64,000 nt of DNA, from contig NW_005434574.1 in assembly GCF_000315625.1 (NCBI RefSeq), forward strand, positions 215,719 to 279,718, given 5' to 3'. Below, piece by piece: positions 50,601 through 63,281 of this stretch. Source of the DNA: Guillardia theta CCMP2712 (Eukaryota; Protista; Cryptophyta). The position numbers were made by a program, and so were the translations under genes. The first letter of the stretch is position 1. Every line of letters begins with the position of its first letter. Under the pieces are notes generated by a model. The model made no database searches, was not told the DNA's origin, and was given only the letters and a program-made list of their open reading frames with translations.

Positions 50601-51893
50601 TGCTGTTTTATTTGAAATATATCGATTGATGTTTTTCAACTTTGTTTTGACTTGCCCTTACACCAGGTAGAATCTGTGACTGGGATCTTGTTGCGGGGTA
50701 CTGTGAACACCACCCTACCCTACCTTACCAAAGGAATTTAGAGAGACAACTACCTTGTCAGCAGGCAAACACCCACCCCTTTCAACATCATATCCTCTAA
50801 AAACCGCGCCGAACATTGATCCTCTATGGGGTGTAACAACGTACCCTAGATGTACCGGTACCTCTGCATGAGCATTCAAGAGTGTGCGTGCAGAATTTCT
50901 CAAAGCAATATGCATGGATCAAATCAATTGAAGAAGAAATAAGAAATCTCTCCTGTACTCTACTATACCTTAGACTTGGTACCTATCGCTCTCAAACCAC
51001 CTTTACCCCCAATTCTTCTACACCTCGTTCCATTGCGGCCCATGATACCCCCACCCTTGTTTCCTCTGTACACTGCAGGGGTCCTGAGATAAGACGGGGT
51101 GGCCAACTTCTGTCCTTACATCTGATCTTGGAATTCGTAACACTTTATTTTCACAACGTTTCAGAAGTATTTAAGCACGGAGATGCGTTATTGTGTCCCT
51201 TGATATTGTAGTAAAAACTGAAATAAAGGTTTTTCGGAAAGTCCTATTGTACCGGAGGACTACCCCGGAGGGACAGTCTGATCCTTCGATTTCTGACCCA
51301 TGCCTACCCTACGTTCCTTCTTCCACCACCCACCCCTCGCAAGTCGAGGTTTCAGTATTGGTACCTGGTGGTCTTATTGGTCAAATCTGTTAAACTTCAA
51401 TGGTACCGGTGGTTTTGACACCCTACCCCCCATCCGACACTCCTTTACATGGCTACTTTGCAGTAATTTCGACTGTTTGTTGGACCCCACCCTACACTAA
51501 CCTACCTTCCTTTTTTGGGTCCCCCCACCCGCTAAACTACAGGACGGAAGCCGGCGGCCGCATGGCGAACAGTACTTAAACAGAGCGAGAGAGACGGGAA
51601 CGGGACGCGAGCAAAAGATTGTTCATTGTGTACACACTCAAACAACATTCGAAACTCTTGTCCGCACTTGGTACCTGGTAGCTGGTAGAATATCGCTCGT
51701 TCCAGCGATCAAAAGTTTCTTGCTACTCTAAAAGCGGCCCCCGTGCTCTTGGTCCAAAGGAAGCTCAGGTGTGGACCGATAGAGCAGCAGTCTTGGTGAA
51801 GGTACTTTGTCGTTTGGACGGAGGGAAGAACAGCAAGCTTTCAATTGATACACGTGGTCGTCTGATCTGCGAGTGCTGATAGTTCCATCCAAC

Positions 51894-52491
51894 ATGTCAA
51901 CACCTCCACACCAAGGTACATCGGGGCACCTTCAAGCAATCATTCGGACTTTTCCAGGGAGAGTGCTTCAAGTGACTGTGTTGTCTTCGCACTCCAAGAG
52001 ATCGTCTTCTTTCGACTCCTGCGTCCCTGAACCATGTGCCAAGAAGGCCAGGATTTCGTCTAGCACCATGGTAAGCTCATAATTGGTTTCTCGGATTGTC
52101 GCTGGAGTACCCACGTGTGCTATGATGTTGCATGTCTTCACGTAGCTGGTTGTCTCTTCTGTTTCTTCCTGCCTGCTCTTGTTTCTTTTCTCGCTCGATT
52201 CTTGCTCCCCATCTTTGCACCACCTTGTGTTTAGACAGTGCTCCTGTTGCCCTTGGTCTGTTTTGACAAGGCATGCAGGGGTCAGTCGCTAATGGGCTAG
52301 GGAGAGAAAAGCTTCTGACAGCTCTGGGTCACGACAAAGAGACAGCAAAGACTATATCGGCTCTCTTGGCGAAGAGCATGGACAAGATGGGGGTTGGAAG
52401 GGCGGGCAAGGAAGGCAAGGGAGAGGGTAGCAAAGAGTTGAAGGTTTCAAGGTTGCAAGAGGACGGGAGGATGAAGGGTTGTATTGTTTGA
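51894..52491 (+). CDS. Small two-exon hypothetical protein (paralog B)
   Basis: …LQAIIRTFPGRVLQVTVLS…SSSTM | phase-0 intron 52071-52278 | GSVANGLGREKLLTALGHDKETAKTISALL…CIV*. Confidence 0.7.
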
Positions 52492-52763
52492 AATCTAGGA
52501 GGGAGAAGGGGTGGAAGATCCTTCTTTGTGGTGTTTGTCAATATTTCGTTATTCTTTTTTCTTAATAATAGGAGATCGTTTCGAGCCAGAAGGCTGGATG
52601 ATTGTGTGGGCTAGAAGGAGAACAAGGGACTCATTACATCTCAGCCATGGTTTATGTACACATTGATTTTACAAGTCTAACCATCATGCATGGAAAGTTG
52701 AATATCTGCAGCTTGAGAAGCAGCACACACTGATAGATCAGCGATGCAGCTGAACATTGCACT

Positions 52764-55700
52764 TCATGTGCTGGGCTTGTCCTGATCGCATCGGATGACA
52801 ACAACGCTTGTCAGTTGCGAGCTCTCCTTCTTCGCTCTCAGAGTCCAGTAGCTCCTCGAGACAGACTCTGCCGGCCAGCCTTGCATGACCTCGTCCTCCT
52901 CCACAACCTCCCCGCTCAGTATCAGCGTGTGCTCGAGCAGCATGCTTCCTCGCATCATCCCTGAGCCGGAGAGCAGGCGGGTGTTTGCTCGCAGGGTGCA
53001 ACCCTGGCCAACGTGCACGCGATTCAGAGAGAACTCTCCTCTGCTGTTGAGATGCCCTATCAGTGAAGCGTTGTCCACCGCCGCCCCGTCCTCGATGTCC
53101 ACCAGCTCCGGTTCGGTCATCATAGGGTCAGCTCCAAGAGGATACAGGCAGACCCTGCTGCCGATGTTGCTGCCATGGAGTCGGAAGAACCAAACGAGGT
53201 AGGCAGAGCCCTGGAGGTAGGAAGGAATCGCACGACCGTTGTAGGCAGAGCGGAGGATCGAGGTCGAGCTGAGGTACACTTGCCACCACTGACAGTAGGA
53301 GGAGGCGTCCCAGTTGTAGCTCCCGACCTTTCTTCTCCCCAAGAAGATCCACTTGAACGAGACTGCAAGCAGGAGCGCGGTGATCGATGCAATTCCTTGT
53401 GTGCCCACGTAGATTGGGACGAGCCTGGCGGCCATCGTGATAAAGTAGAGGTGAGGGTGGTGGCCCCCGTACTGTCCTTGATGATTTCCAGTCTGCTGCA
53501 CGTTGTTCCCTCCTCCTCCTTGGCCTGACTGGTAGTTGCCTGTCTGCTGTCCTCCTCCTCCTCCTCCTCCTCCTGCGGCCAGGTACTCCGCGTGCATCCA
53601 TGCGAACGCAAGCTTGAACGCTGCAACGATGATCATGGAGCGGAAGCATGCGGTCAGGGCAGCACTGAGGCAGCCAATGGCTGCATGTGCCCATTCCGGG
53701 AGGAGCAAGTAGGGGGCGTTGTTGAGGTAGAAGGCATTGCCGAAGGGACGGAGGGTGGGGGCACTTGCTGTCTCCTCGTTGCCGTCCTCCAGCTTGATCG
53801 GCCTGCCGTCTCTGCTTCCTACCCACTTTGACCCAGCAGGAAGCAGCATGTCCTCGCACGCTATCCCCCCCGACCCCAGCACGGCGTTTCTGCCGACAAC
53901 ACAGCCAGGAAGCAAGACGCATCTGTCTCCGATGTTCGCGCCATCCTCTATCCTGATCGTCTTAGCGCAGTGAGCATGGCACGCCATGAAATTTGATCTG
54001 CTCCCAAACACAACGTCGTCTCCGACATGCAGCAAGTCGTACTCCACCAACCCCTCCAGCCCGCTGCCCGGCCAGTAGACTCGCTCTCCTACCTTGGCAC
54101 CGAGGAGGCGCAGGACCCAGGACATGGCGGAGTAGTGGGAGCCAACGAGCTGCCCGAGAGTCTGAAGTCTCTCGCCAGGAAGGAGCTCGCGCATGAGCCA
54201 GTGGCGGAAGATGCTGTACTCGGAGGCATCCCTATCGTCCTCCTCGGTAAACCGTCCTATCACCGTCCACTTGACCAGGAGGACGAGGAAGAAGCGGAGG
54301 AACGGGATGACTGTAGCTCGAACGATCCTGATGGCAACGTAGTAGCCGATCCTCCCGGGAGTGAGGAACCACATGATAGCCTGGTAGTAGTTGTGCACAT
54401 GCGAATGGTACCATGAGTGTCGCACCATGGCGACGAGGATTCCGAAGATTGGGAGGGCGCATGCAAGAGCGATTAGGAACTTGATGAGCAGCCCTGCCAG
54501 GTACCAGCCCATGCTCGGCCCTCGCGCCCTTGCCCTGCAGTACTTGGCGTTGTCACTCCCTACCCAGTTGCTGCTGATCTCGTAGGAGGAGGAGGAGGGC
54601 GGGAAACAGCAGCCGTCGGGCACAGGGATGCCGGGGACTAGTGACACGCGGACGGGGACTGAGACGCTGTTTCCGAGGAGGAGGGGTGCGAGTACCATGC
54701 TGCCGTTGTCCAGGCAGAAGGCTCGCAGAGAAGTCTTGTCGATGCACGAGTCGGAGCCGATGCTGATCTGCGAGGAGAATGAGAAGAGGGAGAGAGGGAG
54801 GGAGGAAAAGAAACAGAATAGTGACTGAGCAGCAGCAGGCAATTACGGTCAGGAAGGAGGAGGAGAAGGAGAAAGAGGAAGACAAGGAGAACGACAAGAA
54901 GGAGGAGAAGGAGGAGGAGGAGAACGAGGAGGAGGAGGAGGAGGAGAACGAGGAGGAGGAGGAGGAGGAGGAGGAGGAGCAAGAGGAGGAGAACGAAGAG
55001 GAGGAGGAGGACACTTACAAGGTCAAACTCTCCCATCTTGGCCTGATTGCTGATGATAACATTGCTCCCTATCTTAGCCCCCAGCATCCTGTAGTACCAG
55101 CGGAGGGAGGAGGAGGTGGCGTTGAAGACGCCAATACCGCAAATGCTGTGCATCTGATCCACAAGCCACCAGCGCAGGTAGTACTGATCTTGTGTCAGCG
55201 AGAGATTCAAGGGCGGAGAGAGGAAGAGGAGGAAGAGGGGGAAGAGAAAGAGAACCAGTGACAGAAACAGAACAGAAAGAGAAAGAGAGGAGAAAGAGAA
55301 TATTGGGGGATGCAGGGAGGGAGGGAGGGAGGGAGGGAGGGAGGGAGGAAAAAAGTAACAGAAGAGAAGGAAGAGGAGGAGGAGGAGGAGGAGGAGGAGG
55401 AAGAGGAGGAGGAGGAGAAGGAGGAGGTATTACCTGTCCCCAGAGCGGGTACCTTCCCTTCTTGTACCTGCCTATGATGGTCCACTTGAAGAGGATGAAG
55501 ACGATGGGAAGGACGATGGAGGAGGCGATCTGAGTGAGGAGGATCGCGATGATGAGTGTGTAGAGCCTCGGGACCCCAAGGGTCTGGAACTCAAACCAGA
55601 GGAAGACGAAAAAGAGCCAGACGGCAATGCGCTGGAGGGGATGGAGGAGGAAGAGGGGGAGGGCCTGGAGCAGCAGAGCTGAGAAGCTTGTGGAAGAGAA

Positions 55701-57517
55701 GGGAGGGCAGCGATCTTGGTCGAGGCTCTTGAATGATGCTGATCCTCCCTGCTCCATTACGATGCCCTTGCAGCTTCCTCCTGCCTGAGACCCGTAGGTG
55801 AAGGAGGAGGAGAGAGACGGAGCTGTCAGTTCCTCCTTCGCCTGCTCCAGCGCAAGCCTGTCCGCCAGCGCTGCCAGTGCCTCTATCGTCCTGTGCATGA
55901 AGACGGAGGAGGCGGGCAGGGAGACTTGAAGGCTCTTCCTGATCTTAGATGCCATCCTTCCCGCGAGCAGCGAGCTTCCTCCGCTCTCGAAGAAGTCTTC
56001 ATCCACTGCCACCTGCCTCCCAAGCAGTTCCTCCCAGATGCTCTGAATCTTCTCCTCGCTTATCGACTTTGGTGCCTTCCCCTCCCGACATGCCGAGCAG
56101 CCAGCCAGCAGGCTCGTCCTGTCCAGTGGGATCGTATCCACAGCAAGGATCTCCTTGGGGAGGAGGTATGCGTGCAGTCTCAACTTCAGCTTCTCCTGCA
56201 GCACGTCGATGATGACGGAAGAGGGGGAGACGAAGAGGAAGCGGGACCGGTACCCGTCCCTTCTAAGTGCCTCGTCGTGTACGATAGCAAAGTCTTCTAC
56301 CCCGACCTCTGACTTGATGGAGTCGAGGACGCGCTCCACCTGCTCTTACGATAAGAAGATGCTACCTTCACCTGCTCCCCGCCTCTCCACTCTCGTCTCC
56401 TGCTTCCTCCTTGGCCCCCATAGCTCGTCCTCCCTCCCTCCCTCCCTCCCTCGCTCCCTCCCTCCCTCCCTCCCTCCCTCCCTCCCTCGCTCCCTCCCTC
56501 CCTCCCTCCTTTTCCTCCCCTCCCCTCCCCTCCTTTTCCTCCCTCCCTCCCTCCCTCTCACCTTCTCGTCGTCACATGGCACAGCTCGCATTGGGATCAT
56601 CACGTTCAACCCGCTCCCTCGAGGAGGAGCAGACGCCTCAAACAGCCGCAGCATCTCCCCAGCCTTGTCCTCCACCTCTGCTATCCCCAGCCTGCTCGCC
56701 AATCGGATCCTCTGCGCCTTGTTCGCCTGCCCCTTGGGAATCTCATCCATAAACACAAGCAGCTGCGGCCACTTTGCGGGGTGCAGCAGGGAAGACGCGT
56801 GTCTGTGAACTTCCTCCAGGTCCACCCGCGGCATGCCGGGCTGAGGGACGAGGGCTATGGCGACTACCTCCTGGAAGACAGCATGAGGAGCTGAGAAGGC
56901 GATCACATCCTTGATCCTCTCGTGCTGCACCATCGCCTCCTCAACCTCGAATGGAGAGATTACTTCTCCTCCTCTGTTGATAATCTCCTTCGACCTCCCC
57001 GTCAGGTAGATCCATCCGTCCTCGTCCACGTACCCCCTGTCGCCCGTGTTGAACCATCCTCCCTCTAGGAATGCTTCTCTGTTCGCCTCCTCGTCCTCCT
57101 CGTACCCGTTCATGACCGGAGCTCCCTTCAGAGTGATGTTCCCTTCCTCTCCTACCCCAGCGTCCTCCCAGTATCGTCCATGATCCTCACCAGCGGCCCC
57201 ACGATCTGCCCGCTCGAACCGGGGCGGTCGAGCTGATAGGAGGAGGAAGGAGAAGAGATGGGCATGCATTCAGTCATGCCGTAGCTGGGGAGGACGGTGC
57301 AGTTGAGCTCTGACCGCATCCTCTCTGCCAGTGAGGCAAGCAGGCCACCAGCAGCATTTGCCACCATTCTCAGCTTGCTCTTGTGCTGGGTGGGACGGGA
57401 CGCCTTCTCCTCGAGAATCATGGTGTGCATCGTTGGACCTGCAAAAATCAATCAACAAATCACATCATCTCCATCATCATCATCATCATCGTGATCATCA
57501 TCGTGATCATCATCGTG

Positions 57518-57605
<88 letters not shown>

Positions 57606-57607
57606 AT

Positions 57608-57690
<83 letters not shown>

Positions 57691-59380
57691 AATTTTCTCT
57701 TCCCTTGTACCTGCATAGTACCACGTGATATTAAGAGATTCCATCACATCCCAGAACTCTGATGCATCAAAACTAGACGCGCAGACTGCTCCTCCTCCAC
57801 TGAGAATCTGAAAAATCCATCAGTCTTTCTCCTCCTCCTCCTCCTTTTCCTCCTCCTTCTCCTCCTCCCTCTCCTCCTACTCTCCCTCCTCCTCCTCCTC
57901 CTCCTCTCCTCCGCCTCTGCCTCCTCCGCCTCCCCTTTTATCCTCTTGCTCTTCTCCTCTTTCCTCCCTCCCCTTCCTCACCGGAGCAACGATGTTTCTC
58001 AATATCCCCCCTATGTGAAACAGCGGCATCATGTTTATACAGCAGTCTTGCTTGCTGAGCCCCCACGATTCGATAATGCAGGCAGCGCCGACAATGATGG
58101 TCTCCAGGGAGTAAGGTACCATCTTGCAGTGAGCGAGTCAGGTTGACGCATGTCAAACTAGCCAGGCAGCACCTTCTTCTTCCCTGATGTCCCTGATGTG
58201 TGCAAGACGAGCGCTACGTCATGCATCCTTGTGAAACAAGTCTCTTTCCTCCCTCCTTCCGTCTCTCTCCCCTGGACAAGCTTCAAGGAGAACAACCCGG
58301 CTGTCTTGTCGCTCGGGATGATCGCTAGCTGCACCAGTCCAAGGCAACGGCAGAGCTCCTCGTGCTGTGCTCCTTCACTCTCGAGCGAGATGAGGGCCTT
58401 GCACCTGGTCCCGCGTACCTCCTGCTCGATCTGCACCAAGATGATCAGCAAGCATCGCAGCAGGAAAAGAAGAGAAGAGTGAAGAGGAGGGGATAGAAGA
58501 GGAGAAGCAAGAGGACAAAGAGGGCTATCCAGGAGGAGGAGGAGGAGGAGGAGGAGGAGGAGGAGGAGGAAGACGAGAAGGACAAGGAGGAGGAGGAGAA
58601 GGAGGAGGAGGAGGAGGAGGAGGAGGAGGAGGAGGACGATGAGGACGAGGACGAGGAGGAAGACGAGAAGGACAAGGAGGACGAGGAGGACGAGGAGGAC
58701 GAGGAGGACGAGGAGGACGAGGAGGACGAGGAGGACGAGGAGGACGAGGAGGACGAGGAGGACGAGGAGGACGAGGAGGACGAGGAGGACGAGGAGGACG
58801 AGGAGGAGAACTGCTCAACCTCTGAAAGCGTCTGCTGGTAGTTGACCGGCACACAGCAGCACCGCGACATTGCCAGCAGCAGGCATACCGCCAGCTCTGG
58901 CCCGTTGGGCAGGAGGATGGCGCACCGGTCCTGCGGGCTGACTCCGAACTTACTGAGATCCTCGTCTCTTAAGAACTGGACAAGTCTGCTGTGGGTAAGA
59001 GGAGAACGCTTCATATGCTCGGGGTCTGATATGGCGAACGCCCCGCAGTGTTCTCTCGCCTGGGGCATGAGCTCAAGGAGGGTAGTGACCCCCTTGCTCT
59101 TCAGCGCCTTCTTCACGTCCTCTCCTTTCATCCTAGGAACGACCTCCACTGCTCCCGTCTGATCCAGCGCTCTAACGCGTGCCTCTCCTGTCACGACCTC
59201 CTGCAGCACATCGAAGATGCTCATCTCTGACCCATCCAACCTCCTCCTCGACACTGTCTCGGCATAGCTTCCCGTCGGCTCGTGCTCCACATCCTCGTCG
59301 TCTCTCTTCCACTGGGTGATCGAGCCCTGAGGAGAGGGCATGTCTATCTGCTCTTCAAGGTTTTCCACCTTCACTGGCAT
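52764..59380 (-). CDS. Membrane-bound NRPS-like enzyme: adenylation + carrier (T) + TM/hexapeptide-repeat terminal domains (Pls/polymalate-synthetase-like architecture)
   Basis: A domain: LHTSGTSGKKK, MPLFHIGG, SYGMTE, WFNTGDRG, GRSKEIINRGGE. T domain: DFFESGGSSLLA. Three repeats of TM + KWxxxGR…YYLRWWL/GAKIG/GAKVG/GSNIG with hexapeptide strands (VGDDVVFG, IEDGANIG, VGQGCTL). About 8 exons. One apparent frameshift at 57155-57158. Confidence 0.88.
57463..57690. repeat. (CAT)n microsatellite filling intron 57439-57710 of the NRPS-like gene
   Basis: Directly visible; the flanking exons join as WYYA|GPTMH. Confidence 0.95.
58531..58808. repeat. (GAG)n/(GAGGAGGAC)n microsatellite in intron 58431-58819
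   Basis: Directly visible; the exons join as QQTLSE|IEQEVRG. Confidence 0.95.
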
Positions 59381-60699
59381 AGCGCGTGATCTAGTTCCGC
59401 CTGGACATGAAACTGCTCCGCCGGGAGTCCTGTGGAAACAACTTTGTGAGCTTGACGTGTTATGCGATGTTCTTTCTCAGGTAAGCACATCACTCCTGAG
59501 ATTGACCTCTAACCCTCCTCCCATCAACCTCTTTGTTCTTCTGCGAGCTTCTGCCTCCTCTGATCAACTCTTATCTGCTCCTGTCTTCTCACGTACTCTC
59601 CGTATCCTCGATGTCATTCCGTCCCATCCTCCTATACATTCTCCACTCTATATGCTCGCTCATCCGCCCGCTCTCCTTCCTTGCTCCTCTCCCCTCCTCT
59701 CCTCTCCTCTCCCCTCCCCTCCCCTCCTCTCCTCTCCCCCCTCTATATCACGGGAAGTTCCTTTCCCCTGATCCACTCGTTTCCGATTGACTCATTGGAT
59801 TTCTTGGAAGGCGCATGTACCCCCACCCCCTGTAAGCATAAAAACTACCCACCCTTGAATAGTAAAATTCTGAAGAAATTCCACCCCTACCCCTACAACG
59901 TACACGATCTTTTATATTTCTCCACTTGTATATGTCACTGCTCAAAAAAGAGAGTACCCCTTCGATGGCGGGGAAAAGGACCCTCCCCTATGTAGAGCTG
60001 AAATATAGATAGGAAGATAGGGGTGATCTTGATCTTAAACGGTGTTTCGTCCCAAGGACCGGTGGTACAGTTTTTGAGAGTACGAACTTGGGACTCGGGA
60101 AAAATGTACGGGTCCTTGGATGTCAATTTCCTGTTTGAGGCAGTGGGGAAATGAGGGGTAGGGTACCAATGAATTCCATGGAGTGGGGTCCTTTCATTGA
60201 GGGGGTGATTTTGCACGGGTAGTTGAGGCCTGGATGCATCCAAGTATGGAGGCATCGGGACCGCATTGCCTCTTCCAATATGAAACGATGCATTTTAACA
60301 ACGTTTCGAATGTAGTAAAGACTTCATGGGGAGTGTGTGTGGTCATTCAAGTGTCCAGCGAACCTTATCCCCTCAACGCAGAGTAGGGGTCACCCAAGGT
60401 ACCCCAATTTAAGAAGTCTCCGGACCGGGTATTGATAGCATTGGTCAGTCAGTCATGACCGGTACTACCGGTGGCAACTTACAAAGGTTAAAAAAAAAAT
60501 GTCATCGGGTCCACCGTGGCAGGTTCAAGGGCTTGAACGGTAAAGTTCCCCGGGCTCCCCGGGCTAGCCCACCCCCTCCCCTCTGCTACATTGGACCGGT
60601 CCGAGTACGACCAACAGCGCATGTCTAGAGGCACGACCCCCCTCACGATGCCTCCCATAATGGAGGCACCTCAACCCGCTAAGTTTGATTCGAGGCTAT

Positions 60700-61490
60700 A
60701 AATGGGAGCCCGGGGCCCGGGCGGCGGGGGGGCCGCACTGCACGGACCGATCGGACCGTCGGACGGTGCGGCACTGCCCGGCGGCCGATCGGATATCCGA
60801 CGGTTACTAAAGTTACCGGACAGTCACTCCGGCCGGACTCCGGTGACATGGAGCCCGCTGAGCCCGGCCCTCAGTATTCACAGTGGTGGCAGGGGCGGCC
60901 GGTGGCCGATCATCGATCATCCCGGACGCGCGGTGAGACCGTACGGACTGGGCCGGGGGCCCCCGCGTTAGTCCGATACGGTCACCGGGGCACGGAGTCC
61001 CCCCGGGGCGTCAGGCTGGCGGCCGGGCGGCCGGGCGGGTGCCACGGACGGTGCACGCCGGTACGGCCCGCCTGAGTGAGGGCCGGACTCCCGGCCGGGG
61101 CGGCCGGCCCGGGCGGCCCCGCGGGCATCATGATTGCGATCCGGAGCTGTGAACCGTCAATTCACGGTTCCTGGAGTCCGGGAACTTACGGAAGCCCGGC
61201 CGCTCTCCCGAGTCCGACTCGATGATCTTGGCCCGGGCCCGGGCCGGCAGTACAGACGCCGCCGGTACCGGGTACGGTCCCTGCAAACGCATCCGATCCA
61301 GGATCCGCCCCCCCAGGCCGGCCGCCAGTCACCATACCGGCGGGCCCGGCCGGCCGGGCGGCCGCAGTAGTCCGACTGAGTACGGTACTCCGTATGTGCA
61401 CTGCTGCCGCTGTGCAACTGGCCGGGCCCCGGGCCGGGCCATCAACGGTCGCGCCGGGTTCCGCCGGAAGTTCACTCGGAAGTTTCGAGA
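60700..61490. repeat. GC-rich palindromic-word island
   Basis: Composition as in the other islands. Confidence 0.6.
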
Positions 61491-61763
61491 TACTATTGGA
61501 ATCAATTCCTGACTCCTAGAGTCTGTGCACAGATGAATGACTAGTAGAACAGCTCAACAGCTGACTGATAAGTCCAAAGACCAAGACTCACAGATGATGT
61601 GCGCATGAAGACACCAATGACTTTCACAGCCAACCAAACACCTCAGGTAACTCAGATCAACTTCCCAACAATCCCCAGCACTTTATTCCCAACACTCGTA
61701 GCAGCAAGACCAACCAAACAGCTTCCCTTCACACACCACCGCCTTACTTCCACCACTGTACGA

Positions 61764-62605
61764 NNNNNNNNNNNNNNNNNNNNNNNNNNNNNNNNNNNNN
61801 NNNNNNNNNNNNNNNNNNNNNNNNNNNNNNNNNNNNNNNNNNNNNNNNNNNNNNNNNNNNNNNNNNNNNNNNNNNNNNNNNNNNNNNNNNNNNNNNNNNN
61901 NNNNNNNNNNNNNNNNNNNNNNNNNNNNNNNNNNNNNNNNNNNNNNNNNNNNNNNNNNNNNNNNNNNNNNNNNNNNNNNNNNNNNNNNNNNNNNNNNNNN
62001 NNNNNNNNNNNNNNNNNNNNNNNNNNNNNNNNNNNNNNNNNNNNNNNNNNNNNNNNNNNNNNNNNNNNNNNNNNNNNNNNNNNNNNNNNNNNNNNNNNNN
62101 NNNNNNNNNNNNNNNNNNNNNNNNNNNNNNNNNNNNNNNNNNNNNNNNNNNNNNNNNNNNNNNNNNNNNNNNNNNNNNNNNNNNNNNNNNNNNNNNNNNN
62201 NNNNNNNNNNNNNNNNNNNNNNNNNNNNNNNNNNNNNNNNNNNNNNNNNNNNNNNNNNNNNNNNNNNNNNNNNNNNNNNNNNNNNNNNNNNNNNNNNNNN
62301 NNNNNNNNNNNNNNNNNNNNNNNNNNNNNNNNCGCTGCGGATGCAGTGCGGTCGCACCCCGCCAACAGTGCACCTGTGCTGCTCCTCCACCTGCGCTGCG
62401 GCTTCTCCCCACCATCGTAGGGCCTGCGCTGCTCCTCCAGCGCTTGCGCTTCAGCAGCACTCCTGCAGCACCTGCGCTGTCCTCCTCTAGCGCATCCTGA
62501 TGCTCNNNNNNNNNNNNNNNNNNNNNNNNNNNNNNNNNNNNNNNNNNNNNNNNNNNNNNNNNNNNNNNNNNNNNNNNNNNNNNNNNNNNNNNNNNNNNNN
62601 NNNNN
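61764..62605. other. Assembly gaps (61764-62332, 62506-62605) in a degenerate tandem repeat
   Basis: N runs. The unit CTCCAGCGCTTGCGCTTCA…TCCTCTAGCGCATC.TGATGCTC occurs on both sides of the second gap. Confidence 0.9.
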
Positions 62606-63281
62606 CTCCAGCGCTTGCGCTTCACTCTGCAGCACTGCGCTGTCTCCTCTAGCGCATCATGATGCTCGTGCACACGGGTTCCTCAGCTTGTACCATCCGC
62701 ATGCCACAGAGACGCTCCTCATCCGCTGCGCTGTCCGCATGCACCTGTGCTCCTCCTCACCTTCCATCATAAACTCTTCCCAGCTGCCTGCAGTGTCAGC
62801 TCAAGACTAAGTCCTGAACACATCTGCATCTTTCAAGTCAGACAGCTCCTCCTCCTCTTCAACCTGATCCTCATGATGGGATTGGTCATCATGTGACCTC
62901 TCTGAAGCTTGCGCATTGAGCAATGAAGACATCTCCACCCATTGATGATGCCAAGAATTTAGAATTCCAATCAAGCTCCAGAGATCAGGTTCAGAATTCT
63001 TGCAATGCATTGATTGATCTCTGATTGTTTTGAACACAATTTTCTCGTTTCTAATCTATGGGCCCTTTCTATCCTATCTACCCCGGGGATCATTGTTTTG
63101 CCAAGGCACAATCATTTTTGACGTCAGCGCTTTCATTTCAACCACATGACTTATCGATCTCGACTCATCCGTCATTTCTTTCTCAATTTTCATTTTTGGC
63201 CATTCAATTTCATCGTTCACTACCGTCATGGGTTCCATAGATCAGGATGAGCGAGTTTCTAAGATACTAACCTAGAACAGA

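Noticed and set aside
61599-62673. Long ORFs near the window end
   Set aside because: Artefacts of N gaps.
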